A stretch of DNA of 64,000 bases from Carcharhinus amblyrhynchos (taxonomy: Eukaryota): positions 106,020,001 to 106,084,000 of the forward strand of contig OZ336878.1 in NCBI GenBank assembly GCA_965287045.1. The letters are read 5' to 3'. A model generated the notes under the pieces. The model was not told the origin of the DNA, did not search any database, and saw nothing but the letters and a program-made list of their open reading frames with translations. The translations under genes were made by a program, and so were the position numbers. Below are positions 25,201-38,584 of this stretch, piece after piece. Within the stretch, counting starts at the first letter, position 1. Each line of letters starts with the position of its first letter.

Positions 25201-26399
25201 TTTCCGTTCATATTCGAATAGCAATATAACTTGTTTTCCCGCTATCACTAAACAAATTCAGCAGCTTCTTGCATGTAATGGTTTGTTAATATGTTTCACA
25301 TAAGATTAGCGTATACTTTGTCTTGTAACCTGAAGTCAATCACTCGAGCACTTTACGACTCGTTGAGTTTGTTTTTTTTTACTCAGAGCCAGTTTGCTCT
25401 CGGGGTTGTTCAACACTTGAGTTGATAACTCGAATCCGCAGAATTTAGTTGTCTCCCGAATTTTATCCTAGCAGCAAAAAAAAGGAAAGAAGAGCGCAAC
25501 TCACCTTCACAGGATATGCTTCGTTATTTGAAAATACGGATTTACAGATATCTACATTCTTATATATCACGTGCTGTCGGTAAGTAGAACGGAAGTTTCA
25601 CAATTCAGACCAAGGTAAATTAGAATAATGTTCTAAGTTTGACTGACCAAATCTGCAAAAGAAACAATTCTGCATGAAGAATTAGTGTCGAAAATACTGA
25701 CGGAGTTGTCCAATGTCGGCAGCACCACCGGAGCAGAGCAATACTTGAAGAGAGGGAAGCCTGAATTTTGTATTACATTTATTAATGCATAACCTAGATG
25801 CTCAAATGTGCAATAACTATTAAGTTGCTGCTCACATCCCTGTCAGGATATTAAAAAAAATACGTGCATGCATGTTTCCAAGCCAGTCCTTGCGAACTAC
25901 CCGTGTGTCATGATTTTTTTCAATTCCCGCAAGAAGATGCTTACTTCGCTTATTCCAACTGAATTACGGGTAATGAAATGACCCAGACTCCGTCAAAAGC
26001 AGGTTATATACGCGAGTCAAAATTGCCTTTGCAGACAGAAAAAAAACCTCAGCGAGCCCCAACACAAGTAAGTCAAAATAATCCACGAAAAACAACCAGT
26101 GAATTTGTCCAATTTGTTTGGGGGTAAAATAATATTTCTTAAATAGCGAGAGGTTGGAACGGCTTATGTCCAAAGAGACATACATTTCTATCTTCATCAG
26201 TAAAAGGAAGTGACTATGCAGGGTCAGCCAGCAATTACCGATAAAACGGTATTTCAGCCGCCGCTGGAGTGGCCCAGCCGTCGTCCAGCCATCGTCTCGG
26301 AGGAGCCGGAATGCATGCTAATTAGAAAGATAAACTTGTTAATTCGTACAGCCTAGGTGCGATTGCATTGGCATGGTTGTGTGAAGTTGGGGGTATTTA

Positions 26400-26870
26400 T
26401 TCTATGGACGGATGAATTTGTTAAACAGGACTTGCAATGGAACTTTGCCAGACTACCAAAGATAATTATGATTTGTCTAATGAGTAGTGATTAAGGGCAT
26501 TCTCAATTGTGTCCACTGAAAGATGAGAAATTCTTAGAGTGGTGGTAGTGATGTGATATGTTGTCTAGCTGATGAGTCTAGAACCAAGGGAAGTCGTGGA
26601 ATGCGGATTACATTTTCAGAGTTAGCTGAGGAGCAATTTCTTCTCTCGGCAGCTGGTGAATTTTTGAAAATCCCAAGTCAGTGCAAGTTCAGTCATTGAT
26701 TGCGATCAAAAGAGGTATCGATAGATTTCTCAGTAATTGTAACAGAATAGCATGTGGACATAGTGGAAAAATAATGTATGAAACAAATAGTCAAGAATAA
26801 TCCAACCGAATGGCACATCGTTCTCCAACTATAAATTGGCCTACTCTTGCTCTTATTTCCTATAGTCATA
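26400..26870 (+). mobile_element. Decayed CR1 3' region
   Basis: gagtctagaaccaagggaag...gaggagcaatttcttctctcggcagctggtgaat (SRT.G...RNFFS.R.VN). Tail ggcctactcttgctcttatttcctat. Confidence 0.55.
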
Positions 26871-27269
26871 TCTTTGTATCCAATTGTTACACACTATTTG
26901 CCTAAGTATACAGACGATACCCTGCCAACAGGTCAGGGATTCTCAAAGGTTTATTCCAAGCGTTGGGATATTTTGCGTACCAGGTGAATGTTAAAATTAT
27001 ACACGCCAGCTCAATTAAAATATGCATTGACAACTGACAATTGATCTCACCAAATTCAGTTTCTGAAAAAGAATTCGGAAGCAGCACACCAATATTAGTG
27101 AGTACGATTATGATTTTCCCATACATTTTTGCATTTCAAAATGTCTCAAGGAAATACTTTGGCATGAATATTCAATAGTTTTTTTTTAGTTGTGTGTTAA
27201 AATCCATTCACATTCCTACATATATAGGCAAATGAATGAAAACAAAACCCTGATTGAGCACATGAGACA

Positions 27270-27412
27270 CATCAAAGCTTTGACAAACGGTCATCTGGGC
27301 TTGAAACGTCAGCTCTTTTCTCTCCTTACAACTGCTGCCAGACCTTCTGAGATATTCTAGTGTTTACTTTTTTGGTTTCAGATTCCAGTATTCACAGTAT
27401 TTTGCTTTTGTT
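27270..27412 (+). mobile_element. Penelope-like-element-derived terminal repeat with degenerate hammerhead motif
   Basis: tttgacaaacggtcatctgggcttgaaacgtcagctcttttctctccttacaactgctgccagaccttctgag...tttcagattccagta matches, from memory, the common shark Penelope terminal motif (ctganga...cgaaacgtt...gatgctgccagacctgctgag). Confidence 0.65.
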
Positions 27413-27414
27413 CA

Positions 27415-28230
27415 GAGACAGTGGGTACATTAATTTCTGATGTTGCAAAGTTCTCGGGTTTCCGGAAATGTTCCAGTTGATTGGAACCATACGAATCTCA
27501 CACCCTTAATCAAGAAAAGAACGAGATAAAATGTGAGAAATTATAGACCAATCAGCTTGACCTCTGCAGTGGGAAAGTTGCTGGAATAAATCATTAAGGA
27601 GAAGGTGACTGAGCATCTGGAAAAGCTAAGCTCAGTTCACTCGTGTCAGCATGGGGTTCTGAAGGGAAAATCTTCTTTGACAAACATGTTAAAGTTCTTT
27701 GAGGATATAACCAGCAAGATTGATAACGAGGCTCCTTTGGAGGTGATTTTTCTGGACTTTCAAAAGGCATTTTATAAGGTGCCACCCAGGAGACTGATCC
27801 AAAAGGTTAAATCCGAAGGCGCCCGGCAGAAGAGTGGCTGGGATTCAGAATTGGCTGACTGAAGGAAAGCTAAGGGTTGGGATACCTGGGTCCTTCTCCA
27901 GTTGAAGATCTGTAGCAAGCGGGGTCAGACTGGGTTCAATTCAGAAGAAAAGGATAGGAGGCGGGGAGGGGATGGATATTTGATTGAGGTGTATAAAATA
28001 CTCAACGGGATTCATAAACTAAATCTTAACCAAATGTTTACCATCCACAACATTCTGAGACAAGATGCCATGGTTTTAGGGTAATAGGGTGGAGCTTCAA
28101 GACAGAGATAAGGAGCAGCAACTTCTCAACGAAAGTTATGAATCAGTTACACTCACTGCCCCAGGATGTGGTGGTTGCAGAATTAATCAATGGATTCAAG
28201 AACGAAATATACAAACAACTGATCAATAGT
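27415..28230 (+). mobile_element. CR1 LINE fragments (RT N-terminal block joined to C-terminal block; internal deletion)
   Basis: NYRPISLTSAVGKLLE and QHGVLKGKSSLTNMLKFFEDIT...IFLDFQKAFYKVP, then a jump to GYLIEVYKILNG. Confidence 0.8.
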
Positions 28231-28234
28231 GGGA

Positions 28235-28870
28235 TGAAATCCCACATCAGCATTCCTAGATACGCCATACCCCACGGGTCTACTCAGTAAAATAATCGAA
28301 GGGGTCAAGAACATTGCTGTTAAGTAGCACATTTTCAGCAATAACTTGCTCCCCAAGGTGAACCACTCCTGGCATCATTGAAACAGCCTTGGTTCAGACA
28401 TGGAACAATAAATTAAAACACCAGAGGTGAGGGGTGAGTGACCGTCCTGCACAGTCAGGGTACATTTAATACGTATAGCATCAAGGAGCCTAAACGAACC
28501 TGGAGTCTCCAAGATTCTCCAAGGCCAGAACACCTAACTGTCACCACTTGATATTCAATGAAACTATCTTGATTTCCTGTGTGTTATCATTGACCAGAAA
28601 CTGAACTCGACTTGCCATATAAATTCTGTGGCTACCATTGCAGGACACAGGCTAAGAATCCTTTGGCAAAACAGAATGTTTTTGTCTCCGCTTGACTCCA
28701 AAAAGCCAGACAACCATCTACAAAGTATCAGTTAAAAGTGGAATGTAATGCGCCCCAAATGCCTGGAACTCCTCGAGAATAAGACTGTGGGTGCAAAGAA
28801 GCCTCGGAGATGGGCTTGGACAATAAAAATGCTGGTCTAAACAGCAGTGCGCACATTCCATAAAATTAAT
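28235..28870 (+). mobile_element. Decayed copy of the 5795-8790 CR1/L2-group LINE
   Basis: cagcaataacttgctc, cattgaccagaaactgaactcgac and the 3' end aaatgctggtctaaacagcagtgcgcacattccat match that family. Confidence 0.6.
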
Positions 28871-29399
28871 ATGAAATGTTAGTGTGGAGTAAATATAGTT
28901 TGTGAAGGCATAATCAGACTTGACTTGCGTGATTCTGATGTATTACTACCTATTGCGAATCTTGTCTTATCCGAGGTACGATGATAGGCGAGGCAGAGCT
29001 TCGATTACGTACGGTTCCTGACATGAATCCGCTCATCTCGACTGCTTTGGCATCTTACACCAGCATATTGGATGACGAGCCATTCCCTCTCGCTCTCCAC
29101 CATAAATCCCTTAAAGCAGTTCAGGCCGTCAGATCAGATCACTCACCATCTCATTGACTGATGAAACAAACTCCATTAGCTTAATTCCTGACCTTTGCTT
29201 GTGCATCTTTTGTTCATCTGATCTCTTGCGTCTCCAATCATTGGCAACTCAGTGGCTTTTTCCGGCTAGCTTCAGTTGTTAAGCTGGCACAAGGGCATCA
29301 GAGCATCAATTAGTCCAGTTCAGCTTTCAAGCTCAGGACAGAAAGTTGAGAAGAGGGGGGGCGCCTCCATCAGCAACACCGGTTTCTCATTTTGTGACC

Positions 29400-31000
29400 C
29401 AAATGTCAACGACAACAACTTTCAACATTGCCGAGCTTAAATTGCCTTAGGCAAAGAAGGGTTTTATCAATGAGATCGGATATAAATTTGCATTCCATTT
29501 AATGCAGATATTGCCGTTTAAAATTTCTGAAAATAAGTGGCTAACACCAGAAGTGCAAACACTAAAGCAGCTAAGAAGGTAATTGAATTCAGGAAAAATG
29601 AAACATGATTCAGAATAGAATCGAAGAAGGTATTTGAAGGAAGATGACTATTTAAGGAAAAGAAACTGCTGAATTAAGAAACCGCATATGCTGACTGAGC
29701 AAGCCTAAGAACAAGTTAAGAACAGTGACAAACATAAATAAAGAGCGCCTCAAAACGCAAAAGAGAATTTGTTGAGAAATTGTGAAAGAAAAAAGAGAGT
29801 GCATGCTACAGGAAGAGAACACCAGAAGACAGTAGAAAATATCACTTAGCAGATCTCTGGGAATGAAACACGAATCCCACCATGCCAGTCGGGGACTAAT
29901 AATGAAGTTTGATTAAAACAAAACAGAGATAAACAAATTGATTGGTACGGTCAGCCCTTTAAAAAGTTATTAACAGTCCTGAGCATGATAACTGCCTTCT
30001 GTTGACATTGTTGGTATTGAAACACACCTTTCAAAAAAAAACAAATATTGTGCAGCTCCAAAGTCTGAAAAAAGCAAAAGCCATTCGAGTTAACTCTTCA
30101 GGCGAAGTTGCTGCCAGCAAATCGGACAAAAGGAGTGGAATTGCACTTTTTTTTCCATCCCCATCCTCATCTGCCAAATTATGAGGAGGCAATTGACAAC
30201 ATCATTGACAGCATGTTTGGGAAGGAACAAGTTGAGTATCTTTTTGTCAAATTTTCAAGGTAGGCCTACCTCCAAGGGAAGTCTGACAGACTGAGCATGC
30301 GTGCAAATAGTCTGATCTGCATTTCAGAAATCAGGAAATGCAAGTCATACACAACAAAATAGCAGATTTCCCATAACCAATGCTGACTGAGTGGTTAGTT
30401 GAGGATACTTGCTTAACACACAGCCATCTCAGCAACAACCGAGGAGCTCGAAAGGAGATCAAGGTTCGGTTGAACAACACCTGAGCTGTACGCAAAAGAC
30501 TCCGAAAAATCTGGAAATCCAAAGAATATAGTCCTACGAACAAAGTCAGATGATACAACAGAAATCGGAATTCAGCTTTGCTCCATTATTGGTGGTGAAG
30601 CCTGATACCCTTTTTATCTGGGGGCTGGTGGAGTCTGGGAGGCATATTTTGCAATATTTTCTTACATAAGGTCTGTAGCAGCTATAACACAATTTCAAAT
30701 TCGGCATGTTCAAGATCAATGGTTCCTTTTATAGAGTTAGCCTCGCGATTAAGAAGCCGAGGATTAGAATGGCCAGAACGCTTGTTAAGAACGACCCAAG
30801 GACAAATTGCGAATGCTGCTCTAAAATGGATAGCATTATGAAAGCGTAAACGGGGCAGGCCAAAAATAATATGCTTTAGGACTGTGCTGGCAGAAAGGGA
30901 AAAGATTGACTACATATGTGGCAAAGCACAAGCTAGACTGGAAAACCAAACGTACATTGCTGCGTCTAGAAGGCACATCGGGACTGCGATGATCCTTCAG
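29400..31000 (+). mobile_element. Decayed RTE-clade LINE
   Basis: KWLTPEV...KREFVE region near 29530-29800. C-terminal ALKW...KRKRGRPK...RTV near 30810-30890 (RTE motif GKRKRGRPK.TW.RTV). Confidence 0.55.
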
Positions 31001-31820
31001 AAAACGATCTTGTCCTGGTTAAGGGGGGAACATCTACCTGAAGCAAATCCCGTTTTGTTAGTGATGAATGGCTCTGGTCAGCTAACATCGATCTGGATGT
31101 CTTCTCCGTTGACTACTTATGTGGCGGAAATGGAAAGCGGGCCATTCAAACAATTCTAGTCATATTATTATTGAATTTGCTTATTTTTGCCGGCGAATTA
31201 TTTTGGAAAATTCGATATAGGTAATGATTGCTGGAGAAGCCTACTTCCCTAGAATAAAGCTTGGCTTTGATAATATAAAACAAAAGAATACCATGCAAAA
31301 TATGGTAAGTGTCATGATTGTGTAACTAACATGTAAATGTTTTCTGTTACAGAAGAAAAAAGTATAGGGCGACTAGAAGCAGACGGTGTGCGGGCGTGGG
31401 AAGAGATCTTAGAAAACAAATATTGCCTGTTATACATAGCTGTCAGAACGATATTTCCTTAAACTGCAAATTAGCAGCAGGTGCTAACGAGTTATCGTCG
31501 TGCTTTTGATTCATTATTCCCGCATTTAAAGTAATTTAAGCACGGCGAAGAGATACGGTGCGCAGTGTTGATCATATATTTGACTCAAGTTAGCACAACA
31601 TTAATTTATTGTAATGCTGTCAGCAAAGGAAAAAAATGTCATGCGTTTTAATTTATTTGCTTGGTAACCTTTCTTTACACGATTATTACATACGTGTGCC
31701 TATTTCGTCTCCTGCAAGGAACAAAATGTAGTATATTTTTCACGGTCCTTTGAAGAAGGAACTAAGTAAGTGAAGCAAGCATTAATGCACTTTCAACAAC
31801 AGCGGGAATTTCTGTAAATA

Positions 31821-32170
31821 AAGTTCCTCCTCAACTCCGTTCTAAACCGCCCCCCCCCCCCTTTATCTTGAGGCTGTGCCCCCTAGTCCTACTATCCTTT
31901 CTGAGCGGGAAGAGTCTCTCCACCTCTATCCTATCCATCCCATTCATCACCTTATACGTCTCAATGAGATCTCCCCTCATTCTTCTAAACTCCAACGAGT
32001 ACAAGCCTAGTTTATTCAGCCTCTCCTCATAGCTCAACTCCCGTATCAGCCTAGTGAACCTCCTCTGCACTCCCTCCAAGGCCAATATACCCTTGCGCAA
32101 GTGCGGCGACCAAAACTGCGCACAGTATTGCAGCTGCGGCCTCAGCAATGCCCTGTACATTTGCAGCAAG
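31821..32170 (-). mobile_element. Young CR1 internal fragment truncated at both ends
   Basis: ORF 31831-32169 LQMYRALLRPQLQYCAQFWSPHLRK...[28 protein letters not shown]. Very similar to 21219-21572. No 3'UTR or tail. Confidence 0.9.
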
Positions 32171-34411
32171 TTATAGCATTCTATAATATAGCATTCATCG
32201 TATTATCTGGAGTGTAATCTCTGTTGTTTAGAGGATGGTGCTGCGTGCACACTATTTTTTGCATTCCAACATTGATTGCACTTCCAAAATACATTCCACT
32301 GGCTTTGAAATTTCATAGAATTATGGAATTCTTACAGTGCAGAAGGAGGCCATTCCGCCCAGGAGGCTGCCATCACATCGAAATCACGAGTGATGGTATA
32401 GACAAAGTTGGCTTCAGTGCCAGGTGAAATATTCTATTCATTTCTGGTAACCACGCACTGGCTAGAACCAAAAAAAATCGTAGGAGATGTAAAAAAAAAC
32501 AAAATGTTTCCGTGGATGCGAGACAGATGAATGTTGTGTTATGAATGGGCTTAGGACATTAACTCCTTCGGAACTCTTCTGCCATTCTACTGATCATGGT
32601 GTTCCTTCTGCGCAGTCGCTTCTGCCATGGTACCTTAGAACTGTCTTCATATTTTTATTGGCTATATCCAGAAATACATCCTGAGCATAGGCTATGACGC
32701 AACCTCACCAAATTTAGGTCTCCAGAATCATGGAGGTGTGTTGTATTTTGAGTTTTGAAAACCGTCCTCATCTCAGAGAAAAAAAATAGCCTTCCTCCAA
32801 CTTTGTGGCTGTGTTGATAAATTGTAAAATGTCCTATCCAGAGTGAAATGTACTCTACAGGTAACTTGACTGAAAATAATTCATGTTTCAAGGAGACCGT
32901 GTCTCATAGGAAATTCAGCTCAATTTCGCAGAATACTTCCCAAACTCACTCGTCGAAAAAGTGCTCTGTCCCGACTTACATGGTACAAATGTGATTTTTT
33001 TGCGCGTGTTTCACTCTCCTTCGCTCGCTATCTATCAGGCCGACTTTCTGGTCACTTACATTCCCTAAATGAAATGAGCCTACGCTATTACTCACACAAG
33101 CACATCAGTGGTTTGCATATGCATTGTAATATCAGCACGAGGGAATTCCCTCCTTAATAGCTGTTTACATTAGGACTGTGTCTTCCCTACTTCTTCAATG
33201 CTTCTCCGTGCCGTCATCACGCTGCTGAAACACTGACGAAATTAATTGCCGTATGACCAAAAGCACAATGTCCTCCACTTTTTTTTATCACGTCATCCCT
33301 GTTCTGAGTTTTGCTACAGCGCTACTTTTCCATCGCTGAAAGTAATTATAATAACATAGTAATTCTGCGTATCCATGAAAGCCGTTAATATATTTCAAAT
33401 GCACGTTACGTTTGGCTGCCAATGCAAAAAAAAAACTTGTGTCAATTGAAAGCTATGTGGCTTCTAATTTTCTCATTAGGTAAAATACGACGTTTGAGAT
33501 TAACGAATGTGCTTTCGACTGAATTGGCCTTTATTAATGGAATATGGAATAACAAAGGACTACATTCATTTTCAAATATTGTTCTGCGATCTTTAGCTGG
33601 CAATTGTCAGACTTGATTGCAATTAACTTTAATTTGTTGATGAAATACGACGCTTTCCAGAGCGACCGATTACCTAAGGGGATTGATAATGTCTCTCGGC
33701 CAGTTATCATCTGCACCCATCTAATTATGCAAAACGTTCTGTCTCAGGGGATCAGCAAAGTTTCCTAAGTTATTGTAGTGCTATTAAGCGAGTTCTGTGC
33801 TGTGAAGCTTGCGAGCTCTAGTTGTGTTTTCTGCGAAGTTTGTCAACTAAATATCGCGTTTTCCTTTGCTACATCTTTCCTGTCTGGAAATCATATGATG
33901 AACACAAAGTTAAAATCATACTAATGTTAATACAGCTCTGATTAAAATTTCATATTGTGATAGAATAGATGTTCTATGTTTTGAAAGTGGCATTTACTCT
34001 ATAACTTCCTGCTTAACCCCTGAAAACTTACCTCTGCCGGTAGCTGTTCCAGAGGAATAAAAGAATAGTTGGTAATGCCAAAAAAGACAACAATGTAAAA
34101 ACAGACAATCAACAAAATTAATATGCCATTAATTGCAATGCATATGTCCAATTGACAAAATATCGTAGACGCCAAAAACTAATGGCAAATTATACTTCGG
34201 TGAAATAGCTTAAATGTAACAAATTCAGTGCATGTAAAAGATGAGCTTGAATAATTTCTAATGCTGGAACAGTTATTGATGATTAGTATCAAAATGCATT
34301 TATAATCGTTTTCAAAGTTTACTAATGTTTTGCTATTACGAATGTCTTGAAATATTTAGCGCAAATTCAAAACAAAATTAAACCATTTTGCAGGGTTTTT
34401 TTTTCTCTTAC

Positions 34412-34447
34412 AGTGCATTCCCAGTTTGTGCAGAATGTTATCAATAT
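34412..34447 (-). other. Candidate 36-nt micro-exon (phase 1-1 reads xIDNILHKLGMHx)
   Basis: Very strong acceptor ctttctgtttctcttttatttctttag| and donor |gtaaga. Confidence 0.3.
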
Positions 34448-34699
34448 CTAAAGAAATAAAAGAGAAACAGAAAGTTCAACTTTTTTTTATTGTTTCAGAA
34501 AATAGGCAAGCATCTGTAAATTGATTCAGACAGCGACCATTCTGGTTTTGTGTTAATGTTTCAGAAGACAATCTATTAACGGCCATTTTGTTGGGCTACC
34601 GTTGAAATGAAAATGAAAATATTATCAATTTCCTGACAATAAGCTCAAAAACACGTACAAAAATAATGGAACATAAGCATTCGGATTTTCAGCAACCTT

Positions 34700-37030
34700 T
34701 GTTTTATTCGGTTTATTATTGTCACGTGTAATGTGATCCACTGAAATGTGTTGTTATGGCCATAGAGTACATGGGGGAGAAGCAAATAATAGGGTATCGA
34801 AGATAATCTTGCAATTTCAGGTAAAGAGAAGAAAAAGATCGACTTTATATAATACAGGTTCATTCAAAAAGCAGGAAAGATGTCGTTCTCAAATCGGTTG
34901 GTCCAACGGAAGAAGGTAGAAGAGAGTATGTCCAGGGAGCGTGGGGTGCTTGATTAGGCTGGCTGCTTTCCGGAGGCAGTGAGAAATGTAGACCGAATCA
35001 ATGATAAGAGGCTAAACTGAGTGATGGACTGTTCTACGCTCAGAATCCTTTCTCATTCCTTGTCGTCTTGGTCAGAACAAGAGCCATTTCAACCTATTAT
35101 ACTTCCAGATGGGATGGTTTCTATGGTGCATCTGTAATAAATGGTGAGAGTCGTAATGGACATAACCGAATTTCTTTCGCCTTCTGAGAATGTCGAGGGG
35201 TTGTCTTTTTTAAAAATTATTTTGCCGGAGGGAACAAGGAAGATTGTTAGTCGTCTGAACACCAAGTAACTTAAAGCTTTCGACTGTTTCCATTTCCGCG
35301 TCATCGATGAAGAGAACGGCATGCCTATACCTACGTTTCTTGAAATTCATGAGTATGTAATTATCTACTGACATTGAGGGATAGACCATTGCACGTTTTC
35401 CCCAGATTATCTAGCTCTTCCCCTTACTCCATCTGGTCATGATTTGAGATCTAACCCAATACAATGGCGTCATCAGCAAACTGAAGGATGAGTTGGAACA
35501 TAATTTCGCCATGTAGTCGTAAGTGTTTGAGGATTATATTAAGGGGCTGAGAATGGAGGCATGTGGGGATCTGGTTTTCAAGATAATCATCGAGGGGGTG
35601 AGTTAAACGTCCTTGCAGACTGTGGTCTCTGGGTTCAGAGGTTGAAGACCCAGTCACAGCTGGAGGCTCAACGGCCTTGGCCACAAAATTTGGAGATGAG
35701 TTTCGTTGGAATAATGGTGTTCAGGACAAAGCTGTAGCTCATATATAGGAGTATGATACAATTATCCTTCCCCCAGACGTTCCAGTGCTGAGTGTAGGTC
35801 GGGGAATTCGCGTCTGCTCCGGATCCGTTGGAGTGTTAGGTGGAATCTCGTGGATCTTGGCAACAGGAATAGATGTGTACTATAATTAACCTTTTGAAAC
35901 ACTTCAAAATTGTAGTTCTAAGAGCCACCAGTTGATAGAAATTAAGATATGCTACCTGGGTGTTCTTTCATACAATGATGATTGCCGTCTTCTTGAAGCA
36001 AGTAATTATTCAGATTGGAATAAGGAGCAGTTAAAGATACCTGAAAATACCCTTGACATCTGGCATGCGGAGGATCTAAGTGTTCATAGTAGGATCCGAT
36101 CCAGGCTATCGTTTTATTGGTTAAGTTTCAAGAACGCCAATCTGACATCTTCCATTGCAACTCTGTTTGACAGAGGCTGTCAAGGTGGATGACATCCTTT
36201 CCCTCAGCTCCAGCTCAAAAGGAGAACTGAATATGTTGAGTTCATCAAGGAGGGGTGCATTGTTGCAGACGATTCTACTCGTTTCCCTATCGTTGGTTGT
36301 TATGACGTGCAGACATTGTCCCAATCGATGGGTGTTCAGGTGGCTAGACTGAAGCTCTAGCTTGGTGTGGTATTGCCAGGTGCCATTTCTGATAGTTGTG
36401 CATCGATCATATCCGATTTTCTGGTTTCTTGTTGGCACACAGTTTTCTACTCACTTGCTAATGCATTCAGCCACTGTGGTGCTAACCGCATTTAGGATGA
36501 TCGTTCAGTTGATGAATAGTGGCAACTGACTCAAAAGGCTTGTGCAGGGGTTCATCCATTACTTCTCAAAATTGCACATTATCTTGATCGACTCCTTGCT
36601 TCACTACTTGCTTGTTAGCTGAAGACAGGAGCGCAAATGTTGTGCTCTGGTTTGACAAAGTATGGGCGGGAAACAGAGAGGCAGACATATTTGACGTTTT
36701 GTAGCAATGGTCGAGGATGGTTGGGCGAATGGGGGAACAGGAGATGTTTGATTATATCTTGGTAGTACGCTGTTGTGATTAGCCTGATTGACATCAACAG
36801 CCACGGTGAACAAGCCTTGGAATATTGTGCCTGATTGATACGTGTTGTGGTATGTATTTCAGTGAGCACAGTATTCACATCCACATGTGGACGATAGTAA
36901 ACTGATTTGAGGACAACAGCGAGACCGAAGTATTTCTTAGGCTTAATATGGTAAGTAGCAGATGCCATAGTTCACGTCTTGTATGATGTCCAGCAGGACT
37001 AACTGGACTAGCAAGGACACATTTTGTTTT
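34700..37030 (-). mobile_element. Rex1/Babar-type LINE, decayed (endonuclease to 3' tail)
   Basis: TLTIYYRCTIETIPSG, QFADDAIVLG and the endonuclease segment AVVLKSVYYRPHVDVNTVLTEI. Tail gtttattattgtcacg at about 34711. Confidence 0.85.
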
Positions 37031-37124
37031 TACTTACAGTTGAGATGATATGCCTGGAGAAAGGGACAACTTTACGCTCAGCTTCTCGGAGCTTATTGCG
37101 TATCAATTATTATTATAAAAATAT

Positions 37125-37416
37125 AGGGCCACACGTGGCACAGTGGTTATCACTGCTGCCACTGAGCGCCAGATACAAGGTCAAATTTCTCCCTCGGGTT
37201 CTCCCTTTGCCTGCATGGGTTTCTTCCGGGGTCTATGGTTTATTCTCCCAGCACAAAGATGTGCCGTTCGGTTTGAGTAACCATGAAAATTCCACTTAGA
37301 GTCAGGGGGATTAGCAGTTTAATTAACTGGGTAAGCCGGAATAGTGCCAAGGTGGGTTTGTTGTTGATGCAGGCTCGATGGGCATAGTGGCTTCCTTCTG
37401 CATTGTGGGGATTCTA
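37125..37416 (+). mobile_element. HE1-type V-SINE
   Basis: gtggcacagtggttatcactgctgcc (A-box head), ttctccctttgcctgcatgggtttcttccggg...caaagatgtgc (V-domain), and CR1-like tail gcaggctcgatgggcatagtggcttccttctgcattgtggggattcta. Confidence 0.8.
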
Positions 37417-38584
37417 AGCTTAGCTGCTTAGTGCACTGAACTCAAAATGTGTTCGCTATTTCACGTTCTAATCCATTGAGTTAAACATTAATACATTGTC
37501 AAGATTTGCACTCTAAATCCAATTTGCCAAGTGAGTCTAGCCAACACAAATACTTACCTTTTTCATGCAGTAATTAGCCTGCATTTCAGGTAAGCATTTA
37601 TGAACCAATGAGGCTTGTTTGCTTTCAACTACCAATATTTTGAGCCTCTGCAATGCAACTTTATTGGAATGGTACTTTTAGTGATTTGAATGTTTCGATG
37701 TACATATGATCGTTTGTGAAGGAAAGAAAGCAATTTCATGGGCACAATGGGATATGGAGCAAATGGGCAAAATTTTGCTGACACCATATCTAAAGATAAC
37801 TCTTAGTTGTGAGACAAACTGACAAAATTATACATCGTCGATGAATGGATAACATTTGATGATATAACTTGATTTTCACCTGTTTCAAAACCATTGAAAG
37901 AAGCAAGGCCAGAGCGCAAATCAACTTTGCGAAAGCAACATAACATTTAAACAAGATATTCAGACGCTCGACAAAGTTTTAAGCCATAAACTTGACAGAA
38001 CTTAAAATTAACAAAGCAAATGTATCATGGAGAAGTGAAAAAATACGAAAATGGACATAAACTTGTGAAAGAGATAAGAATCTATACAAAAAACTACTTC
38101 CCATAACTTAGAAAGAAAAGACTAACAAGAAGCATAATATAATTCACTTGAAATATATACCTGTTTAAACACAAACAAATTTAAGTAATGTTTCTATGCC
38201 TCGATGGCACTATGACTAAACTAAATTAAGCTAATATTCTCTAACAAGAATTGGTAGAAAGGAAAATATTTTACATTCATTCATACTGAAACAATTACTG
38301 AAACTCGTCAATCTGAGCGTTGAAAAGGCAATAGCATAGTAACTTAGTATGTTGACCTGAACGATTGACACAATACAAGGATGATGTTGTTTCAATCCAA
38401 GATCTTTACAGGAAGTAATCGTAACATAAAGTCAGAAATCATAGCAAACATTTCCAAATTTCTTGAAATTTATGAATTATAGTCTGGTAGTGAATAATTG
38501 AAACGTAATATCATTACTTGAGGACAGTGGGGCCGACATTATAAAATGAATTTAATTTAAATTGGGGAGATATTTTGCAGCTAG

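Noticed and set aside
4061-25839. Shared 19-mer taagttg(a/c)tgctcacatcc at 4061 and 25821
   Set aside because: Flanks do not align, and a short one-mismatch match is plausible by chance in 64 kb.
31190-31462. Plus-strand exon pair (donor gtaagt near 31305, acceptor near 31352)
   Set aside because: The implied intron is only about 48 nt, the phases are incompatible and stops are present.
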